A stretch of 64,000 nucleotides of DNA from an uncultured Clostridia bacterium (GTDB taxonomy: Bacteria; Bacillota; Clostridia; TANB77; CAG-508): the NCBI GenBank assembly GCA_947573445.1, contig CANPFR010000001.1, positions 86,984 through 150,983 of the forward strand, written 5' to 3'. The notes under the pieces were generated by a model that saw only the letters and a list, made by a program, of their open reading frames with translations, ran no database searches and was not told the DNA's origin. This document shows positions 1 through 9,485 of this stretch, one piece after another. How positions within the stretch are numbered: position 1 is the stretch's first letter; every line of letters begins with the position of its first letter. The position numbers were made by a program, and so were the translations under genes.

Positions 1-37
1 TTAGTTCTTCTGCTATTTTTTTGTAAATTTTGTTCAT
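1..37 (-). CDS. 5' end of a leftward gene that runs off the window (MNKIYKKIAEEL...)
   Basis: ATG at 35-37 (minus strand) preceded by an AAGGAG RBS (reverse complement of 44-49). Only 12 codons are visible, so the product is unknown. Confidence 0.4.
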   Translation of the reverse strand, partial: MNKIYKKIAEEL

Positions 38-125
38 ATTTTTCTCCTTGTTTCTAATTTATTTTGTATTTTATCATTTTTTTTTACACTTTTCTATACT
101 TTTTGAAAAAATTTTGCAAAAACAC

Positions 126-154
126 TTGCAATTTTATGTAAATTATGATATATA
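126..154 (+). promoter_or_regulatory. sigmaA-type promoter of the 210..755 gene (TTGCAA-17-TATATA)
   Basis: -35 and -10 hexamers with a 17-nt spacer that begins TTTTATGTAAA. About 45 nt here are near-identical to the promoter block of the 9486..10835 gene. Confidence 0.5.
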
Positions 155-209
155 AATATTATGTTATTTATCGAAATCATACCTGCCTCTAAAGCAGAAA
201 GGAGGACAT

Positions 210-755
210 ATGAAATTAAAAGAAAAAGACAAAGCCAAAGTAACCGTTTTAATCAAGCGGGATCGGATGCAAACAAAAACCAATGCTATGTTTAAGCGCG
301 ATCATTTGCTTGGTATTCTGGAATCTACCCATTTAACTTGGGCCAGGCAAAAAACTGATTACCTGCTTAATCACGAAGTCATCTTTAAAAATTGCAAAAC
401 TTACGGAGATACACTCCGTGTGTTAATTGCATTTGATAAGGAAGAACTCATGAACCAAATTGAGTCTATCCTTTCAAAAGCTGGTGTGTCTTGGCCTCAA
501 GAACGTATAAGCGACCTAATATATGAAAATGTTTTTGCTGATTGCAAATGCCATAATGATCTTGTAGACATTATGGAACATCTTGTGATCACAGAAGCTA
601 TCCATGACTTAATTGTGGAAATTGGCTTAAATTGGCCTAAAGAATATGCTAAAAATTTAGCATTGGACTACAAGAATGTATTCCACGGGTGCACAAAACG
701 TGAAGAAGCAATTCAGCGTCTTTTGGAAATTGCTTCTATTGTGACAATTGCATAA
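210..755 (+). CDS. hypothetical protein with three tandem ~45-aa repeats
   Basis: GGAGG RBS 6 nt upstream, own promoter and terminator. Repeat pattern is G-h-x-W-P-x-E...L-x-Y-x-N-V-F-x-x-C-K, seen three times. GC is visibly higher than the neighbours. Confidence 0.75.
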   Translation: MKLKEKDKAKVTVLIKRDRMQTKTNAMFKRDHLLGILESTHLTWARQKTDYLLNHEVIFKNCKTYGDTLRVLIAFDKEELMNQIESILSKAGVSWPQERISDLIYENVFADCKCHNDLVDIMEHLVITEAIHDLIVEIGLNWPKEYAKNLALDYKNVFHGCTKREEAIQRLLEIASIVTIA

Positions 756-776
756 GCAAAGCACTTCCCAAAACAA

Positions 777-814
777 TAAAAAGTATGTACAACCCAATGT
801 TGTACATACTTTTC
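777..814. terminator. bidirectional rho-independent terminator
   Basis: 12-bp perfect stem (agtatgtacaac / gttgtacatact) flanked by an A-run and a T-run, between convergent genes. Confidence 0.7.
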
Positions 815-819
815 ATTGT

Positions 820-2403
820 TTAATTTTTCTCTTCTAAATATTCATCATAACTACATTCTCTTACAGTTACTTGATTATCTGTAAGATCAATTATTTTGTT
901 AGCAACGGTTTGTGTTAATTGATGGTCATGTGAGGTAAAAATCATAATACCTTTGTATTTTTGCATTCCTTCGTTTAAGGCTGTGATAGCTTCCATGTCT
1001 AAGTGATTGGTTGGTTCATCAAAAATTAGGAAATTAGCACCAGAAAGCATTAATTTTGCTAATATACAACGCACCTTTTCTCCTCCAGACATCACATTTA
1101 CTTTTTTCAAAGCCTCTTCTCCAGAAAACAACATACGTCCTAAAAATCCTCTCACATACGTTTCATCTGGATCTTTGGAATATTGACGTAGCCAATCTAC
1201 AATGGTTATTTCCTCCTCAAATAGATAATTATTATCTTTAGGGAAATAATCTTTTGTGATTGTAGTTCCCCAAATAATTTCGCCAGAATCTGGCTCTAGC
1301 TCGCCTGCTAAAATTTGGAATAAAACTGTTTTGGCAATTTCGTTATCAGAAAGTAGTGCAACTTTGTCCTCTCTTTTTATCGTAAAACTGATATTATCTA
1401 ATATTTTTTCTCCATTGATTGTTTTTGATAAATTTTTAACTTCTAAAACTTCTTTTCCTTGTTCTCTATCTGGCTTAAAATCAACATATGGATATTTTCG
1501 ATTGGATGGCTTGATTTCATCAAGCTCGATTTTTTCCAACGATTTTTTTCTTGATGTCGCTTGTTTTGATTTAGATGCATTTGCACTAAAACGCGCAATA
1601 AATTCTTGTAATTCCTTAATACGTTCTTCCTTCTTTTTATTGGCTTCTTTCATTTGTTTTAAGGCCAATTGGCTTGATTCATACCAGAAATCATAATTTC
1701 CTGGATAAACTTTAATTTTGCCAAAATCAACGTCTGCAATATGGGTACAAACTTTGTTCAAAAAATATCTGTCATGTGATACAACAATCACTGTATTTTC
1801 AAAATCAATTAGGAAATCTTGTAACCAATTGATGGTTTTTATATCCAAATCGTTCGTTGGCTCGTCTAATAAAAGAACATCTGGATTGCCAAATAAGCTC
1901 TGGGCAAGTAGTACTTTTACCTTGTCTCTGGCTTCAATTTCGCTCATGTATTTGTAATGAAGTTCGCTGTCAATTCCTAAATCGTTTAATAATTTGGCAG
2001 CATCTGATTCTGCATTCCAGCCATCCAATTCAGCAAAACGCTCCTCTAATTTTGCAGCCTTCATGCCATCAGCTTCTGAAAAATCTGGTTTGGCATAGAT
2101 TTCATCTTTTTCTTTCATGATTCTATATAATTCACTATTTCCCATCATAACAGCATCTATTACTGTATAGCCTTCATAAGCATAGTGATCCTGCTTTAAT
2201 ATAGATAATCGCTCCCCTTTGTCCAAAACAACTTCGCCTTTGTTTGGTTCAATTTCACCGGAAAGAATCTTCAAAAAAGTAGATTTTCCCGCACCATTGG
2301 CACCAATTAAACCATAACAATTTCCTTTTGTAAATTTTATATTAACATCTTCAAATAAGACTCTTTTTCCAAATCTAAGCGTAACACCATTTGAAATAAG
2401 CAT
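820..2403 (-). CDS. ABC-F family ATPase, YbiT-like (no membrane domain)
   Basis: Two ABC cassettes. NBD1 has GANGAGKST, LLLDEPTNDLD and a signature motif; NBD2 has MSGGEKVR and LIFDEPTNHLD. The N-terminus aligns by eye with E. coli YbiT. Confidence 0.92.
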   Translation of the reverse strand: MLISNGVTLRFGKRVLFEDVNIKFTKGNCYGLIGANGAGKSTFLKILSGEIEPNKGEVVLDKGERLSILKQDHYAYEGYTVIDAVMMGNSELYRIMKEKDEIYAKPDFSEADGMKAAKLEERFAELDGWNAESDAAKLLNDLGIDSELHYKYMSEIEARDKVKVLLAQSLFGNPDVLLLDEPTNDLDIKTINWLQDFLIDFENTVIVVSHDRYFLNKVCTHIADVDFGKIKVYPGNYDFWYESSQLALKQMKEANKKKEERIKELQEFIARFSANASKSKQATSRKKSLEKIELDEIKPSNRKYPYVDFKPDREQGKEVLEVKNLSKTINGEKILDNISFTIKREDKVALLSDNEIAKTVLFQILAGELEPDSGEIIWGTTITKDYFPKDNNYLFEEEITIVDWLRQYSKDPDETYVRGFLGRMLFSGEEALKKVNVMSGGEKVRCILAKLMLSGANFLIFDEPTNHLDMEAITALNEGMQKYKGIMIFTSHDHQLTQTVANKIIDLTDNQVTVRECSYDEYLEEKN

Positions 2404-2471
2404 TTTAAAACCTCCTCTTGTATTGTGATTCTTTTATTATAACTCATTTTGTGAGATTTTGCAAATGTTTT

Positions 2472-2521
2472 TCGAGAAAAAATGAAAACCGTTTTTGCTC
2501 CAGAGAGCAAAAACGGCTTTC
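2472..2521 (-). terminator. rho-independent terminator after the lipoprotein gene
   Basis: 17-bp stem with one mismatch, followed by a U-run on the minus strand. Confidence 0.6.
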
Positions 2522-2533
2522 ATTTTCAAAATT

Positions 2534-3184
2534 TTATAGTTTGTTCGTATCCTGCAATACATAATTTGCACGATGGATATAGAGAACTTTTCCATCAATG
2601 AGTAGTTTTGTTGTTTTTGGAATATTTTCACATATTTCAAAATAAACATCATTGCCACTATAAGCACAAATTGGTGTTCCAAACTGGGTCTGAATCATGA
2701 CTACACGTGATTTGCCAAAATAATTTTTATATTTATTGACTAACCGTGCCGCTGCAGTATTATCTGATATTTTTCCCTTTGATGTAGTTTGAATATCTTC
2801 CAAGGAAAAATCCACGTCTTTTTCCAGGCCTTTTTCTGCAAAAATCATTGTATTTCCACAGTTTTCAATTTCATTACCATCCATTGTAATCGTTACTACA
2901 GATGATAACTCGTAACCTTTTATTGGGTCTCCATCATCATCTACATCAATCGTTTGAATTATGTTTCCTGTTAGAATAACTTTCTCTCCGCTTGCTGTCA
3001 TGGTTATCTCGCCATAATTGTCATATATTTCAATGTTATATGGCACTCCAACTAATTCTTCCTTCAAAGATTTGATATCACTCATCAGTCCAGCAACATC
3101 ATCTAAGTTTAAATCACATCCTAACAATAAGCCAGACATCAGCATTGCTACAAGTACTACTGAAAAAAATTTTTTTGTCTTCAT
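2534..3184 (-). CDS. putative lipoprotein
   Basis: Signal peptide with an LLGC lipobox (MKTKKFFSVVLVAMLMSGLLLGC) and a GGAGGG RBS. Confidence 0.8.
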   Translation of the reverse strand: MKTKKFFSVVLVAMLMSGLLLGCDLNLDDVAGLMSDIKSLKEELVGVPYNIEIYDNYGEITMTASGEKVILTGNIIQTIDVDDDGDPIKGYELSSVVTITMDGNEIENCGNTMIFAEKGLEKDVDFSLEDIQTTSKGKISDNTAAARLVNKYKNYFGKSRVVMIQTQFGTPICAYSGNDVYFEICENIPKTTKLLIDGKVLYIHRANYVLQDTNKL

Positions 3185-3569
3185 ATTAAGACCCTCCTAA
3201 TAAAAATATTTTATTTTACTTTGTTGCCTTCCCAAGGTGAAAATATTAGGTTGACTAAAAGTAATTGTTCTTATCATATTATAATTTCCATAATTTGTCA
3301 AATTGTTTTCTCCAACTAGCAGAAATCTCAAAATTATGGGGTTATTTTTAAAATTTATACAAAAATGACTATTTTTTTAAAATAATTCGAATTTAGTACC
3401 TTTCTGTAGCTTACAGTGCTATAAAAAAGTATGGTATCAAGAATTTCATTTTTAGAAATAGCCCTCTAAAACGTTCAAAATTCAATTTTTTTGACGAAAG
3501 GTGAATAAAATCATTAAATATATTATTTTTGCTTAAAATAGCGATTTTAATGCCTTAAAAGTAATTTTT

Positions 3570-3608
3570 CTCAAAAATTGCACAACAAATCGCTCAAAAA
3601 TTGCACAA
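3570..3608 (+). repeat. two perfect 16-nt direct repeats CTCAAAAATTGCACAA, 23 nt apart start to start (candidate operator)
   Basis: Copies at about 3570-3585 and 3593-3608, immediately upstream of the ATPase gene promoter region. Confidence 0.55.
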
Positions 3609-3666
3609 TGCATGCTGCAAAAATTTAAAAACTATGTTATTCTAAATAAAAAAGGGGAAGAATTTG

Positions 3667-4947
3667 ATGAAATTAACAAAACAAGGCTATCTACCAAGAT
3701 TGATTGATAAGACAATCGAAGAAAATTTGAAAATTTTCGGTGCAATCAGTATTGAAGGTCCAAAGTGGTGTGGAAAAACGTGGACAGCTTTAAACCATTC
3801 TAACAGTGTTACATACTTAAACAATACAGCAGATAATTTTAGAGAAAAACATTTAGCAGAAATGGACGTAAATTTAATATTAGATAAAGATAAACCTGAA
3901 CTTATTGATGAATGGCAAGAAGTACCTGCCATCTGGGATGCAGTAAGGTTTCAATGCGACCAAGATATGCAAAAAGGCAAATATATTTTAACAGGTTCTA
4001 GTGTTCCTGTAAGTGATAAAATACATCATTCTGGAGCAGGAAGGATTTGCAAAATGAAAATGTATACCATGTCCTTATATGAATCAGGAGATTCTAGTGG
4101 AGACGTTTCTTTAAAAGACCTATTTGAAGATAAAGTCCAAAATAAGTTAGTAAATAAAGTAGAATTAAAAAGACTAGCAGAGCTAATCGTAAGAGGTGGC
4201 TGGCCAGAAACAGTTCATATTAGCGTGTCTGGAGCCATGAAAATAGCCAAAAGTTACCTTGAAGCAGTATTAGAAAAAGATATTGTAGAAATAGATGGAG
4301 TAAAAAGAGATAAAATAAAAATGGAAATGCTCTTAAGATCCCTTGCAAGAAATGAAAGTACGATTTCGTCTAACAATGTATTAATGAAAGATATTGATGA
4401 TAATGTTACAGAAGAAGATGTAACCATCAGTAGAAATACTGTTACAGACTACCTAAATGTACTAAATGACTTGCATTTGATTGAAAATCAAAATTCTTTT
4501 ATGTATCGAATACGTTCAAGATTAAATGTAGGTAAAAATCCTAAAAGACATCTGGTAGATCCTTCACTAGGCTGTGCCATTTTGAATATAACCCCTGAAA
4601 AATTAATGAATGATCTAGAAACATTCGGATTGTATTTTGAAAGCTTATGTGAAAGAGATTTGAAAATATATGCAGAAAGTATTGGAGCTAAATTATACCA
4701 TTATAGGGAAAATGATACTGGTATTAAAGTGGATAGTATCATTGAAATTGCAGACGGAGAATATGGAGCCATAGAAATCAAGTTAGGTTCCAATAAAGAG
4801 GAAGAAGCAGTGGCAAGTTTAAAAAGATTTTATAAATTAGCTGACGTTAAGCCAAAATTTATGTGTGTGATTTGTGGTTTATATGATGCTGTTATCAAAA
4901 GGCCAGATGGAATTTATGTGCTTCCTATTACAGCTCTAAGGCCTTAA
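3667..4947 (+). CDS. AAA ATPase with C-terminal PD-(D/E)xK-like domain (AAA_14/DUF4143 type)
   Basis: Walker A GPKWCGKT, Walker B LIDEWQ, and a C-terminal ...KVDSIIE...GAIEIK motif. ATG at 3667 follows a GGGGAAG RBS. Confidence 0.85.
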   Translation: MKLTKQGYLPRLIDKTIEENLKIFGAISIEGPKWCGKTWTALNHSNSVTYLNNTADNFREKHLAEMDVNLILDKDKPELIDEWQEVPAIWDAVRFQCDQDMQKGKYILTGSSVPVSDKIHHSGAGRICKMKMYTMSLYESGDSSGDVSLKDLFEDKVQNKLVNKVELKRLAELIVRGGWPETVHISVSGAMKIAKSYLEAVLEKDIVEIDGVKRDKIKMEMLLRSLARNESTISSNNVLMKDIDDNVTEEDVTISRNTVTDYLNVLNDLHLIENQNSFMYRIRSRLNVGKNPKRHLVDPSLGCAILNITPEKLMNDLETFGLYFESLCERDLKIYAESIGAKLYHYRENDTGIKVDSIIEIADGEYGAIEIKLGSNKEEEAVASLKRFYKLADVKPKFMCVICGLYDAVIKRPDGIYVLPITALRP

Positions 4948-5108
4948 ATAAATTTTAATATATTTTCACATTAAATAATAGTACCATTTCAGTCACAATC
5001 TCATTCTTAAAAACTTTATTCTTTCAAATCAGCATAATTTTTTTACCTTCCACTTTGTTTGGGTTAGATGAATACAAAAAAAGACCGTAAAAAACTTAAC
5101 TATTGCGA

Positions 5109-5142
5109 GAAAAATTGAGGGCAACGCCCCCAATTTCTTTCA
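5109..5142 (-). terminator. rho-independent terminator
   Basis: GC-containing stem aaattgaggg/cccccaattt directly after the stop of 5147..5578. Confidence 0.6.
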
Positions 5143-5146
5143 CTTC

Positions 5147-5578
5147 TCACAAAATATTTGAAAGTTTAAAATCTAATGAAATTTCACTGTTTACATCCTC
5201 ATCAAATCTTAACTCTTCTACTTCAAACCAATCTGCAGAAATATTATCATCTTTTTCTGCCTTATCTTTAAAATCAATAAATGCCAGTTCAAGCATCTCT
5301 TTTGTTCCAAGAGAGATATCTTCTTTTTCGTATTCTACTGTTTGATCATTTAAAGAAATACATTCTGCAATTTTACTCCTGTATATGTTCCTATCCCCTT
5401 CTTTTGTAAAATAAAAGATTGTTATACCACTTGTTGTTGCAAAAACTTCATCAGTAAGTTTACTGATTGCCTTTTCAACTGCTTGCAAAAAATCTTCCCA
5501 AAGAAAATCTAAATTTTTATTTCTCACCTTTTTATATCTTGGAGAAATCCGCTCAATTAATTCTACTGATGTTTTCAT
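5147..5578 (-). CDS. hypothetical protein (143 aa, acidic C-terminal half)
   Basis: ORF with a GGAGGAAC RBS and a terminator. No motif recognised. Confidence 0.7.
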   Translation of the reverse strand: MKTSVELIERISPRYKKVRNKNLDFLWEDFLQAVEKAISKLTDEVFATTSGITIFYFTKEGDRNIYRSKIAECISLNDQTVEYEKEDISLGTKEMLELAFIDFKDKAEKDDNISADWFEVEELRFDEDVNSEISLDFKLSNIL

Positions 5579-5936
5579 ATATGTTCCTCCTTCATTTATT
5601 TGACTTAGAAATTGAAAATACCCAATCTCTTTTTAAAAAATATTAGTTTTATTATACTACTTTTCTATGAAAATTGCAATACAAAAACTACATAATTACA
5701 GAATAAAAGTGACTATTGATTTTACTATATTAAATTTACAAAAACAATGAATCTACAATTTAAAACATGCATACCGTTTTTTACACATCTAAATTCTTTA
5801 AATACTGTCATATTAACTGTTACATAGCTTATAAAATTTATTTCATATTTTTATCTGACTATTAGTTTAACTCTTGAAAAAGCTTCGTACTTACGATATA
5901 ATACAAACAAGAAAAATCAAGAAAGGACGGAATTTT

Positions 5937-6824
5937 ATGGAAAAATCTAAAGTTTACTTTTGTAAAAAAATAACCTCAGAAAATGTTGTGAAATTATATG
6001 AAAAGTTGGGGAAAAATTTGCCTGGGAAGGTGGCTGTGAAAGTGCATTCTGGTGAGGAAGGTAATCAGAATTATCTGCATCCAGAATTTATGAAACCAAT
6101 GATTGAACATGTTTCTGGAACCGTTGTAGAATGCAATACAGCTTATGAAGGTGCTCGAAATACGACGGAAAAACACCAAGAATTAATGAAACATCATGGT
6201 TGGACTCAATATTTCGATGTTGATATTATGGATGCCGAAGGCGACGATTTAGTACTTGACATTCCAAATGGGAAAATCATTCAAAAGAATTTTGTTGGAA
6301 AAAATATGGCAAATTATAATTCTATGCTCGTATTATCACATTTTAAAGGTCATCCTATGGGTGGCTATGGGGGAGCCATTAAACAATTGTCAATTGGATG
6401 CGGTTCTTCTGCTGGAAAAACCTGGATTCACACAGCTGGCAAAGAAAAAGACCAATACAAACTATGGGATCAAGTTGCCAAACAAGACGATTTCTTAGAA
6501 GCTATGGCAGATGCTGCTGCCTCTGTGGTAGAATATTTTAAAGGAAATATGGCATTTATTAACATCATGTGTAATATGTCTGTTGATTGCGATTGTTGCA
6601 GTGTCGCTGAAGATCCTTGCATGAAAGATATTGGTATTTTGGCTTCGTTGGATCCAATTGCAATTGATCAAGCTTGTATTGATCTGGTTAAAAATTCGGA
6701 TGATCCTGGAAAAGAGCATTTTCTAGAAAGGGTCACTTCAAGAAATGGCACTCATACCATTGAGGCTTCTGCTAAACTTGGTTTTGGAACAAAAGAATAC
6801 GAATTCATCCAAATTGAAATGTAA
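5937..6824 (+). CDS. DUF362-family protein with C-terminal Cys cluster
   Basis: ATG at 5937 after a GAAAGGA RBS. Contains a DCDCCS cysteine cluster, and the overall pattern matches DUF362 as I remember it. Confidence 0.75.
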   Translation: MEKSKVYFCKKITSENVVKLYEKLGKNLPGKVAVKVHSGEEGNQNYLHPEFMKPMIEHVSGTVVECNTAYEGARNTTEKHQELMKHHGWTQYFDVDIMDAEGDDLVLDIPNGKIIQKNFVGKNMANYNSMLVLSHFKGHPMGGYGGAIKQLSIGCGSSAGKTWIHTAGKEKDQYKLWDQVAKQDDFLEAMADAAASVVEYFKGNMAFINIMCNMSVDCDCCSVAEDPCMKDIGILASLDPIAIDQACIDLVKNSDDPGKEHFLERVTSRNGTHTIEASAKLGFGTKEYEFIQIEM

Positions 6825-6850
6825 AGAAAATACTATCTTCTGACAAAAAA

Positions 6851-6887
6851 CAAGAGAAATTTGAGAGGTTGCCTCAAATTTCTCTTG
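6851..6887. terminator. hairpin terminator between convergent genes
   Basis: 15-bp perfect stem caagagaaatttgag/ctcaaatttctcttg. The U-run is on the minus-strand side, so it serves pcrA. Confidence 0.55.
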
Positions 6888-7018
6888 TCATATAGTAGTT
6901 TTTTTATCATCTTTTCGGAGTTCATATTTTATTACTTATGTAGTTTTTTGTTGGTAATGGTGAAACGTATCATAAAAGTGATAAAACATTTATTAACTAA
7001 TCCACTACTTTTGTCGTT

Positions 7019-9319
7019 TTATTCTATAATTTCCAAACCTGCAAATCTCGCCATTAATCTTTTATGTCCTGCTTTTTCAAACTGAATGTCCACTTTTAAG
7101 TCATCCCCTTCTGTTTCAACAGAATTAATCAAACCTTCACCAAATTTCTTGTGAAATACCTTCACACCTGATTGATAAGCATCTAAATCAATTTCTTTAT
7201 TTTTTGGCTTATTTAAATTGGCTAAAAAGCTTTCTGCACTTTTAAATCCAATATTTGAGGCAGTTGCTTTTCGTGGGATTTCATGACTTTGATAAGAAGT
7301 AACAGGATTATTAAAAAATCCACTATTTTTAGAATTCCCATAACTCCACTCATAGTTATTTCCTCCCAATACGTTGTTATTAGAAGTTTGTTCTAATTCC
7401 TCCATTCCCTCTAACATATCTGCTGGAATTTCTTTGATAAATCTAGAAACTGCATTGAAACTTGTTGAACCAAAAATGGTTCTTTGCTTGCTACAAGTCA
7501 GAAACAATTTTTCCTTAGCACGTGTGATTCCAACATAACATAATCTACGCTCTTCTTCCAACTCTTTTGGTTCCCCAATTGATTTGTAGCCTGGAAAAAT
7601 TCCTTCTTCCATTCCAACTAGAAACACAGCAGGAAATTCAAGTCCTTTGGCACTATGTAATGTCATTAAAGTAACAGACTCTTCTGTTTCTTCCATTCCA
7701 TCTAAATCTGAACTTAATGTGATTCCTTCTAAAAATTCTGTCAGTGAATTATCAGCAGATTGTTCTTCAAATTCAATAGCAACTGTCAAAAATTCGTTTA
7801 AGTTTTCAATTCTATTTTCTGCTTCTAGTGTATTTTCATCTTCTAATGCTTTTGTATAACCTGTTTTTTTCAAAGTTTCTTTGATTAATTCGGAAATTAC
7901 TTTGGAATCTTTGACTTGACGTAATTCTTCTATTGTACTAATAAATTCACGGGTATTTCCAAATACTCTATTTAACCCAAATTCATCAGCCCTTTTGATG
8001 ACTTCATACATCGATATTCCATTACTATTAGCAAGTGTTTCAACATTTTCTAAACTGGTTTTGCCAACACCACGTTTTGGTTCGTTGATGATTCTTGTCA
8101 AGCTTAAATTGTCAGCTGTATTGTGAATCAATCTTAAATACGCGATAATATCTTTGATTTCTTTTCTTTCATAGAATTTTAAACCACCTATTATTTTATA
8201 TGGAATATTTTCTCTACGCAAAACATCTTCTATGCTACGAGACTGTGTATTCATTCTGTATAAGACTGCAAAATCTGAATATTTATAATATTCTTCTCTA
8301 CGCAAATGATTGATTTCACTTACAATATAATTTGCTTCATCATATTCGTTATCTCCACGATACACTTTTGGGAGACTTCCTGCTTCGTTGCTTGTCCATA
8401 ATTTCTTCTCGTATTTGGTCTCATTGTTCTTAATCACTTCATTGGCTGCATTTAGGACACTTTGTGTACATCTGTAGTTTTGTTCTAATTTTATAATTTT
8501 GGTTCCTGGAAAATCTTTTTCAAAATTTAAAATGTTGGAAATATCGGCTCCACGAAATGAATAAATTCCTTGGTCATTATCACCAACTACTGTGATATTT
8601 CCAAATTTGCTAGCAAATAAGGTAATGAGAGTAAATTGTGCTTTGTTGGTATCTTGATATTCGTCTACTAAAACATATTTAAATTTGTCTGAGTAAAATT
8701 CTAAAATGTCTGGATTGTCAAGTAATATTTCAATTGTAAAATTAATGATATCATCAAAATCAATGGCGTTATTTTCCTTTAGCCTTTTTTGATACATACT
8801 ATAAATTTCGGCAATGTTTTCTTTTCTAAAATCACCATTGGCTCGTGCTGCATATTGTGCAGGTGTGAGCATTTCATTTTTCGCATTGCTAATTTCATAT
8901 AAAACAGATTTGTCAGTAAATATTTTGTCGTCTAAATTTTTCTCTTTTAGAATCTTTTTGACCATTGATTTTTGGTCTGATGTGTCAAAAATGACAAAGG
9001 AACTGTCAAATCCTAATCTATCAATTGTTTTTCTTAAAATACGAACACAAATCGAATGGAATGTTCCCATCCAGATATCATCTGCACCAGTTGCAACTAA
9101 ATTCCTTACTCTTTCTTTCATTTCATTGGCCGCTTTATTGGTGAAAGTGATGGCTAAAATATTCCATGGTTTTACATTTTTTTCTCCCATTAAATAAGCA
9201 ATTTTATGCGTTAATACTTTTGTTTTACCACTTCCCGCTCCTGCTATGACTAAGCTTGGCCCTTCTGTGGTAGTTACTGCTTCGTATTGTTTATCGTTTA
9301 ATTCATCTAATAATCCCAT
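7019..9319 (-). CDS. pcrA: ATP-dependent DNA helicase PcrA
   Basis: UvrD/PcrA motifs AGAGSGKT, LVDEYQDTN and VGDNDQGIYSFRGAD. 766 aa with the typical PcrA C-terminal tail. Confidence 0.95.
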   Translation of the reverse strand: MGLLDELNDKQYEAVTTTEGPSLVIAGAGSGKTKVLTHKIAYLMGEKNVKPWNILAITFTNKAANEMKERVRNLVATGADDIWMGTFHSICVRILRKTIDRLGFDSSFVIFDTSDQKSMVKKILKEKNLDDKIFTDKSVLYEISNAKNEMLTPAQYAARANGDFRKENIAEIYSMYQKRLKENNAIDFDDIINFTIEILLDNPDILEFYSDKFKYVLVDEYQDTNKAQFTLITLFASKFGNITVVGDNDQGIYSFRGADISNILNFEKDFPGTKIIKLEQNYRCTQSVLNAANEVIKNNETKYEKKLWTSNEAGSLPKVYRGDNEYDEANYIVSEINHLRREEYYKYSDFAVLYRMNTQSRSIEDVLRRENIPYKIIGGLKFYERKEIKDIIAYLRLIHNTADNLSLTRIINEPKRGVGKTSLENVETLANSNGISMYEVIKRADEFGLNRVFGNTREFISTIEELRQVKDSKVISELIKETLKKTGYTKALEDENTLEAENRIENLNEFLTVAIEFEEQSADNSLTEFLEGITLSSDLDGMEETEESVTLMTLHSAKGLEFPAVFLVGMEEGIFPGYKSIGEPKELEEERRLCYVGITRAKEKLFLTCSKQRTIFGSTSFNAVSRFIKEIPADMLEGMEELEQTSNNNVLGGNNYEWSYGNSKNSGFFNNPVTSYQSHEIPRKATASNIGFKSAESFLANLNKPKNKEIDLDAYQSGVKVFHKKFGEGLINSVETEGDDLKVDIQFEKAGHKRLMARFAGLEIIE

Positions 9320-9431
9320 TTTTTCTCCTTTATTTTTGATGTTTTTTAGAAAACTTCTGTTTGTTTATTATTATATCATGATTCGAAAAAAAGTCAACAT
9401 CTTTCTTGGATTTTAAATAAGATTTTTGGAG

Positions 9432-9474
9432 AAAAAAAGCGATACGCCACAAGTGTGGTGTATCGCTTTTTATT
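9432..9474 (-). terminator. rho-independent terminator
   Basis: Stem aagcgatacgccac/gtggtgtatcgctt with flanking A and T runs. Confidence 0.7.
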
Positions 9475-9485
9475 TAAACTACTAA

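Noticed and set aside
1056-2120. Plus-strand ORFs inside the ABC-F gene (1056-1241, 1256-1696, 1718-1957, 1857-2120), and similar antisense ORFs inside pcrA, spoIIE, dnaX and the giant gene.
   Set aside because: They are antisense to strongly supported genes, their products are S/F/L/I-rich low-complexity sequence, and they have no RBS.
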